Source: an uncultured delta proteobacterium | GTDB taxonomy: Bacteria; Desulfobacterota; Syntrophia; Syntrophales; Smithellaceae | Assembly (NCBI GenBank): GCA_963753975.1 | Contig: CAVWEH010000002.1 | Span: forward strand, 512,001 to 576,000 | DNA: 64,000 nt | Reading direction: 5' to 3' | In this document: positions 60,360 through 64,000 of the stretch, piece by piece | How positions within the stretch are numbered: the first letter of the stretch is position 1 | Layout: each line of letters starts with the position of its first letter | Position numbers and translations under genes: made by a program | Notes under the pieces: model-generated | What the model saw: the letters and a program-made list of their open reading frames with translations, nothing else | Told to the model about the DNA's origin: nothing | Databases searched by the model: none

Positions 60360-60997
60360 GATAAAAAGCCCAAAGGTGTCTGACCTGCTTTAACCTTGTC
60401 CCGCAGCTTTACCGAAATGTGGGAATCTTCTGGCAAATAAACATCCACACGTGAACCGAAACGAATTATGCCAAAACGCTCGCCCTTTTTAATTGCCATC
60501 CCGGCATTCATCCAGCAAACAATCCTGCGGGCAATAAAACCGGCTATTTGCACCACCCAAATCGACCGACCGTCTTTAGTTTTTATCATAACTTCATTGC
60601 GTTCGTTAGTGAGAGAAGCTTCGTCTAAATTGGCGGAAAAGAATTTACCCTCGTGATAATTCATCTCTTCGATTTTTCCGGCATAAGGGGCGCGGTTGAC
60701 ATGAACGTCAAAAATATTCATGAAAATACTTATTTTTTTAAATCTCCCGGAAATGCTGCCGTTCATCGCCACATCTTTTATCTTTATTACTTTGCCGTCA
60801 GCGGGAGAAATTAAAACTTTTTCTTCTTCCCGAAAATATCTGTCCGGATTACGGAAAAACCAGATAATAAAAAAAGCCATGAAAGCGAATAAAATTGTCA
60901 GCCAAATGATGCCAAAAAAAGCCACAAAAGCCGTCATGACGAGTGAAAAGATTATAAAGGGATAACCTTCATGAGCTATTATGCTATCGTGTTTCAT
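60356..60997 (-). CDS. psd: Phosphatidylserine decarboxylase proenzyme
   Basis: FFRNP, SPADG, VHVNRAP, RFGSRVD cleavage motif. Confidence 0.95.
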   Translation of the reverse strand: MKHDSIIAHEGYPFIIFSLVMTAFVAFFGIIWLTILFAFMAFFIIWFFRNPDRYFREEEKVLISPADGKVIKIKDVAMNGSISGRFKKISIFMNIFDVHVNRAPYAGKIEEMNYHEGKFFSANLDEASLTNERNEVMIKTKDGRSIWVVQIAGFIARRIVCWMNAGMAIKKGERFGIIRFGSRVDVYLPEDSHISVKLRDKVKAGQTPLGFLS

Positions 60998-61182
60998 AAA
61001 ATATATTATCTTTCCTTAAAATGGAGCTTTTTTTGATATATCAATTGGGTGCGCTTGTCAATATCTTTGAATTTCCTGCTGCGGCATTTCCAGAATGATT
61101 CTACACTTACGGTTGACTCTTAACTCACCCAACTATATAATAATCGACATGCTGGTTATCAGTTTTTTGCAGGTTAAAATTT

Positions 61183-62646
61183 ATGTTTAAAATCAGATGG
61201 TATTTCGTCTGGGGTATTTTCATTACCTTCGTTTTCCTCATCCTTTTGACAATTCGTCTCGAATTTTTTCCAAAAAGCCCGGAGACTGTCGCCATTGAAC
61301 AAATGCCGGCGCTACAAACGCAAGACACCTGGATGAATATTTACCAAAACGAAAGAAAGATCGGTGTTGCGCACCGGCTTTTCACTGCCGGGGAGAAAGG
61401 CTCTACCTTCAGCGAAACCGTATCCATGCAAATCAATACCATGGGAGTAACGCAAGTGCTCAATATTCTGACAGAAGGCGATCTTAATCCCGATATGACC
61501 ATCTCTTCATTTAATTTTGATTTGAATTCCAGCTTATTTCGTTTTCAGGCGCGAGGCCGTGTTGTAAAAAATAAGCTGATTTTATTCGCCGGTATGCCCG
61601 ACGCCCAGGAAAGAAGTGAAATCAAGCTCAAAGATATCCCTTATATGAGCGGAAGCATTTATGAAGCCGCGTTCCGGTCTAACTTGGAAAAGGATGCCTC
61701 TCGCAGTTTCAGCATTTTTGATCCCTCCACATTCGGAAAGCGTTTGATCAAAGTTACCCGAAATGCAGATGAAGTTATTCGTATCACGGGGAAACGGATT
61801 TTAACACAGAAATACTGCGCTGATTTCATGGGTGCGAAAAATTACGCCTGGCTGGATAAAAACGGAGATGTCTTAAAAGAAACAAGTATTTTAGGCCTTT
61901 CTCTGGAAAAGGTCAGCCCCCAAAAAGCGCGGGAAGGAATATCTAACGGCACGAGTATTGACCTCACCCAAATTGCGTCTGTTCCTTTTAATGTCAAAAT
62001 TACCGAACCGGAAAAGCTCAACGAGATTAAAATCAAAATTAGCGGTATCGGCGGAACGTTATTATTCCTTAATGGAGACAGACAAAGTTTGCGCCATGAT
62101 GTTCTGACCATAACCAAAGAACAACTGCCCGCGCCTCAGATTTCGAGCAATATTCCGCCAGAAAAAATTGCCGTCTTTTTAACACCGTCGCCTCTTATCC
62201 AATCCAACGATGCGCAAATAAAAGCACAGGTGGAAAAAATCATTAAACCAACCGATACTGCCGTGCAAAAAGCAAAGAAAATTGTCAACTGGGTTTATCG
62301 CCATGTAGAGAAAAAACCCGTCTTATCGGTACCTAACGCCTTGGAAGTCTTGAAAAATAAAGTCGGCGATTGTAACGAGCATGCTGTATTGACGACGGCA
62401 ATGCTGCGCGCCGCCGGAATTCCGGCACAAATAGAGGCGGGCTTGGTTTATCAACACGGGCGGTTTTACTATCATGCGTGGAACATTGTTTATTTAGGCC
62501 GGTGGATAACCGCTGACGCCGTTTTCAATCAATTCCCCGCCGATGTAACCCATATCCGGCTCGTCCGGGGTGAAGGAAGTGAACAGTTGGACTTAATCGG
62601 TGTGATGGGCAAAGTAAAACTGGAGGCCTTAGAACAGGAAAAATGA
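61183..62646 (+). CDS. Transglutaminase-like domain protein
   Basis: GDCNEHA, YHAW, WITADA catalytic triad; N-terminal TM. Confidence 0.9.
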   Translation: MFKIRWYFVWGIFITFVFLILLTIRLEFFPKSPETVAIEQMPALQTQDTWMNIYQNERKIGVAHRLFTAGEKGSTFSETVSMQINTMGVTQVLNILTEGDLNPDMTISSFNFDLNSSLFRFQARGRVVKNKLILFAGMPDAQERSEIKLKDIPYMSGSIYEAAFRSNLEKDASRSFSIFDPSTFGKRLIKVTRNADEVIRITGKRILTQKYCADFMGAKNYAWLDKNGDVLKETSILGLSLEKVSPQKAREGISNGTSIDLTQIASVPFNVKITEPEKLNEIKIKISGIGGTLLFLNGDRQSLRHDVLTITKEQLPAPQISSNIPPEKIAVFLTPSPLIQSNDAQIKAQVEKIIKPTDTAVQKAKKIVNWVYRHVEKKPVLSVPNALEVLKNKVGDCNEHAVLTTAMLRAAGIPAQIEAGLVYQHGRFYYHAWNIVYLGRWITADAVFNQFPADVTHIRLVRGEGSEQLDLIGVMGKVKLEALEQEK

Positions 62647-63377
62647 TTACTTTAAATGAACTGACCAAGCATTACGGTGCCACCATAGCCGTAAATAAGC
62701 TGTGCTTGCATGCTGCTGCCGGAGAAATTTATGGTTTTATCGGCCCGAACGGTGCCGGCAAAACCACGACCATTCGCCTGATGGGCGGTATTCTTGCACC
62801 TACCTCCGGCGATATTATCATTGGCGGAATAGATATAGCTCAAAATCCAATAGCTGTAAAAAAAATGATCGGTTTTGTCCCCGACAGGTCTTTTCTTTAT
62901 GAAAAGCTTACCGGTATGGAGTTCCTGCGTTTTTCAGCCGATTTATATGAAGTCAATCCCGCCGAATTCTCGCCAAAAGCCGAACAATTGCTGCATCAAT
63001 TTGCTCTTTGGGAGTGGGCTGATGAAATAATCGAAGCTTACTCCCACGGCATGAAACAAAGGCTTATTATCGCTTCCGCGCTACTGCATGATCCGAAAAT
63101 ACTGATAATCGATGAACCGATGGTAGGCCTTGACCCCGCCGCCGTGCGCATGGTGAAGGATATTTTCAAAGACCTAGCCCAAAAGCAAACAACTATTTTT
63201 ATATCCACCCATACCTTGAGCATAGCTGAAGATTTATGCCATCGTATCGGTGTAATTCATAAAGGCACACTGCTTGCGGAAGGCTCTGTTGACGAATTAA
63301 AACATATTGCGAAACTTGGCGAAGCCGGGCTCGAAGAAGTTTTCTTAACTATAATTAAGGAAAACTCCTTTTTATGA
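62643..63377 (+). CDS. ABC transporter ATP-binding protein
   Basis: GPNGAGKTT, YSHGMKQR, IIDEP. Confidence 0.95.
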   Translation: MITLNELTKHYGATIAVNKLCLHAAAGEIYGFIGPNGAGKTTTIRLMGGILAPTSGDIIIGGIDIAQNPIAVKKMIGFVPDRSFLYEKLTGMEFLRFSADLYEVNPAEFSPKAEQLLHQFALWEWADEIIEAYSHGMKQRLIIASALLHDPKILIIDEPMVGLDPAAVRMVKDIFKDLAQKQTTIFISTHTLSIAEDLCHRIGVIHKGTLLAEGSVDELKHIAKLGEAGLEEVFLTIIKENSFL

Positions 63378-64000
63378 ATACAATTCTTTCCTTATTAAAA
63401 CCGCGGGTATTTTCTACAATCAATAGCTTGCGGACCGGCAATAAAAGAAACAGTTGGATGCGCATTTTCATGTTTGGTGCGGCCGGCATTGTTTTTTGGG
63501 CGGGCGCTTTCATTATTCTCTACCGAGTTTTATTTTATTTTCAAAGCGTACAGGATTTCGGCGATATACTGGCGATGAAACTTCTCTCCATGATCATCAT
63601 AACCTTTTTTGTACTCTTATTGTTCAGCAGTATCATTAATTGTCTTTCCCATTTGTATCTGAGCCAGGATTTACAGTTTTTACATTCTTTGCCGGTTTCG
63701 TCCAAGGATATATTTCTTTCCCGTTGGCTCGTAAGTACATGGGACAGTTCCTGGATGGTCGTTGCTTTCAGCCTTCCTGCATTTTTATCTTACGGCCTCA
63801 TCTACAAAGCAGGCATTATTTTTTACACGATTGTTTTAGTCGCTATAATTTTCATGTGCCTTATCGCTTCGGCTCTTGCCGCCATTTTGGTTTTATTTGG
63901 AGCTACGATACTGCCCGCCGGGAGAATCAGGACGATTCTTATCATTCTGGGGTTCATTCTGGTGTTACTGTTTGTTTTCGTTTTGCGTTTAACAAGACCG
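63374..64000 (+). CDS. Putative ABC transporter permease (runs off window)
   Basis: ATG overlaps the ATPase stop; MNTILSLLKPR... multi-TM with LYLSQDLQFLHSLPV. Confidence 0.8.
   Translation, partial: MNTILSLLKPRVFSTINSLRTGNKRNSWMRIFMFGAAGIVFWAGAFIILYRVLFYFQSVQDFGDILAMKLLSMIIITFFVLLLFSSIINCLSHLYLSQDLQFLHSLPVSSKDIFLSRWLVSTWDSSWMVVAFSLPAFLSYGLIYKAGIIFYTIVLVAIIFMCLIASALAAILVLFGATILPAGRIRTILIILGFILVLLFVFVLRLTRP

Overview
Chromosomal segment of an anaerobic deltaproteobacterium; gene order and protein style suggest a Smithella/Syntrophales-like organism (inference). The backbone is housekeeping: tal, folK, dapBA, argHGFDB, hslUV, xerC, miaB, rsmA, tsaD, nadB, purB, rph, rdgB, relA/spoT, proS, ispG, coaD, rsmD, pssA, psd, tRNA-Met and tRNA-Pro. 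Three accessory regions interrupt it. (1) 14.5-16.4 kb: an integron-type gene-cassette array with one textbook attC and no adjacent intI. (2) 24.7-32.0 kb: a 7.3-kb element integrated in tRNA-Met, bounded by a 45-bp att direct repeat. It encodes a tyrosine integrase, an Xis-like protein, an RHH repressor and a HUH rolling-circle Rep but no virion genes, and its cargo genes (several immunity-like) are separated by a recurring 50-bp site. (3) 48.7-58.4 kb: a 2502-aa RTX protein with an N-terminal GH108 lysozyme domain, an FrpC-like self-processing module and six identical 690-bp repeats. It is preceded by an LprI-type lysozyme inhibitor and, further upstream, by an apparently orphaned immunity gene plus a 28-codon stub of a displaced toxin. 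This is a candidate polymorphic N-terminal-warhead T1SS toxin/immunity system. All family assignments come from motif recognition by eye, not database searches.
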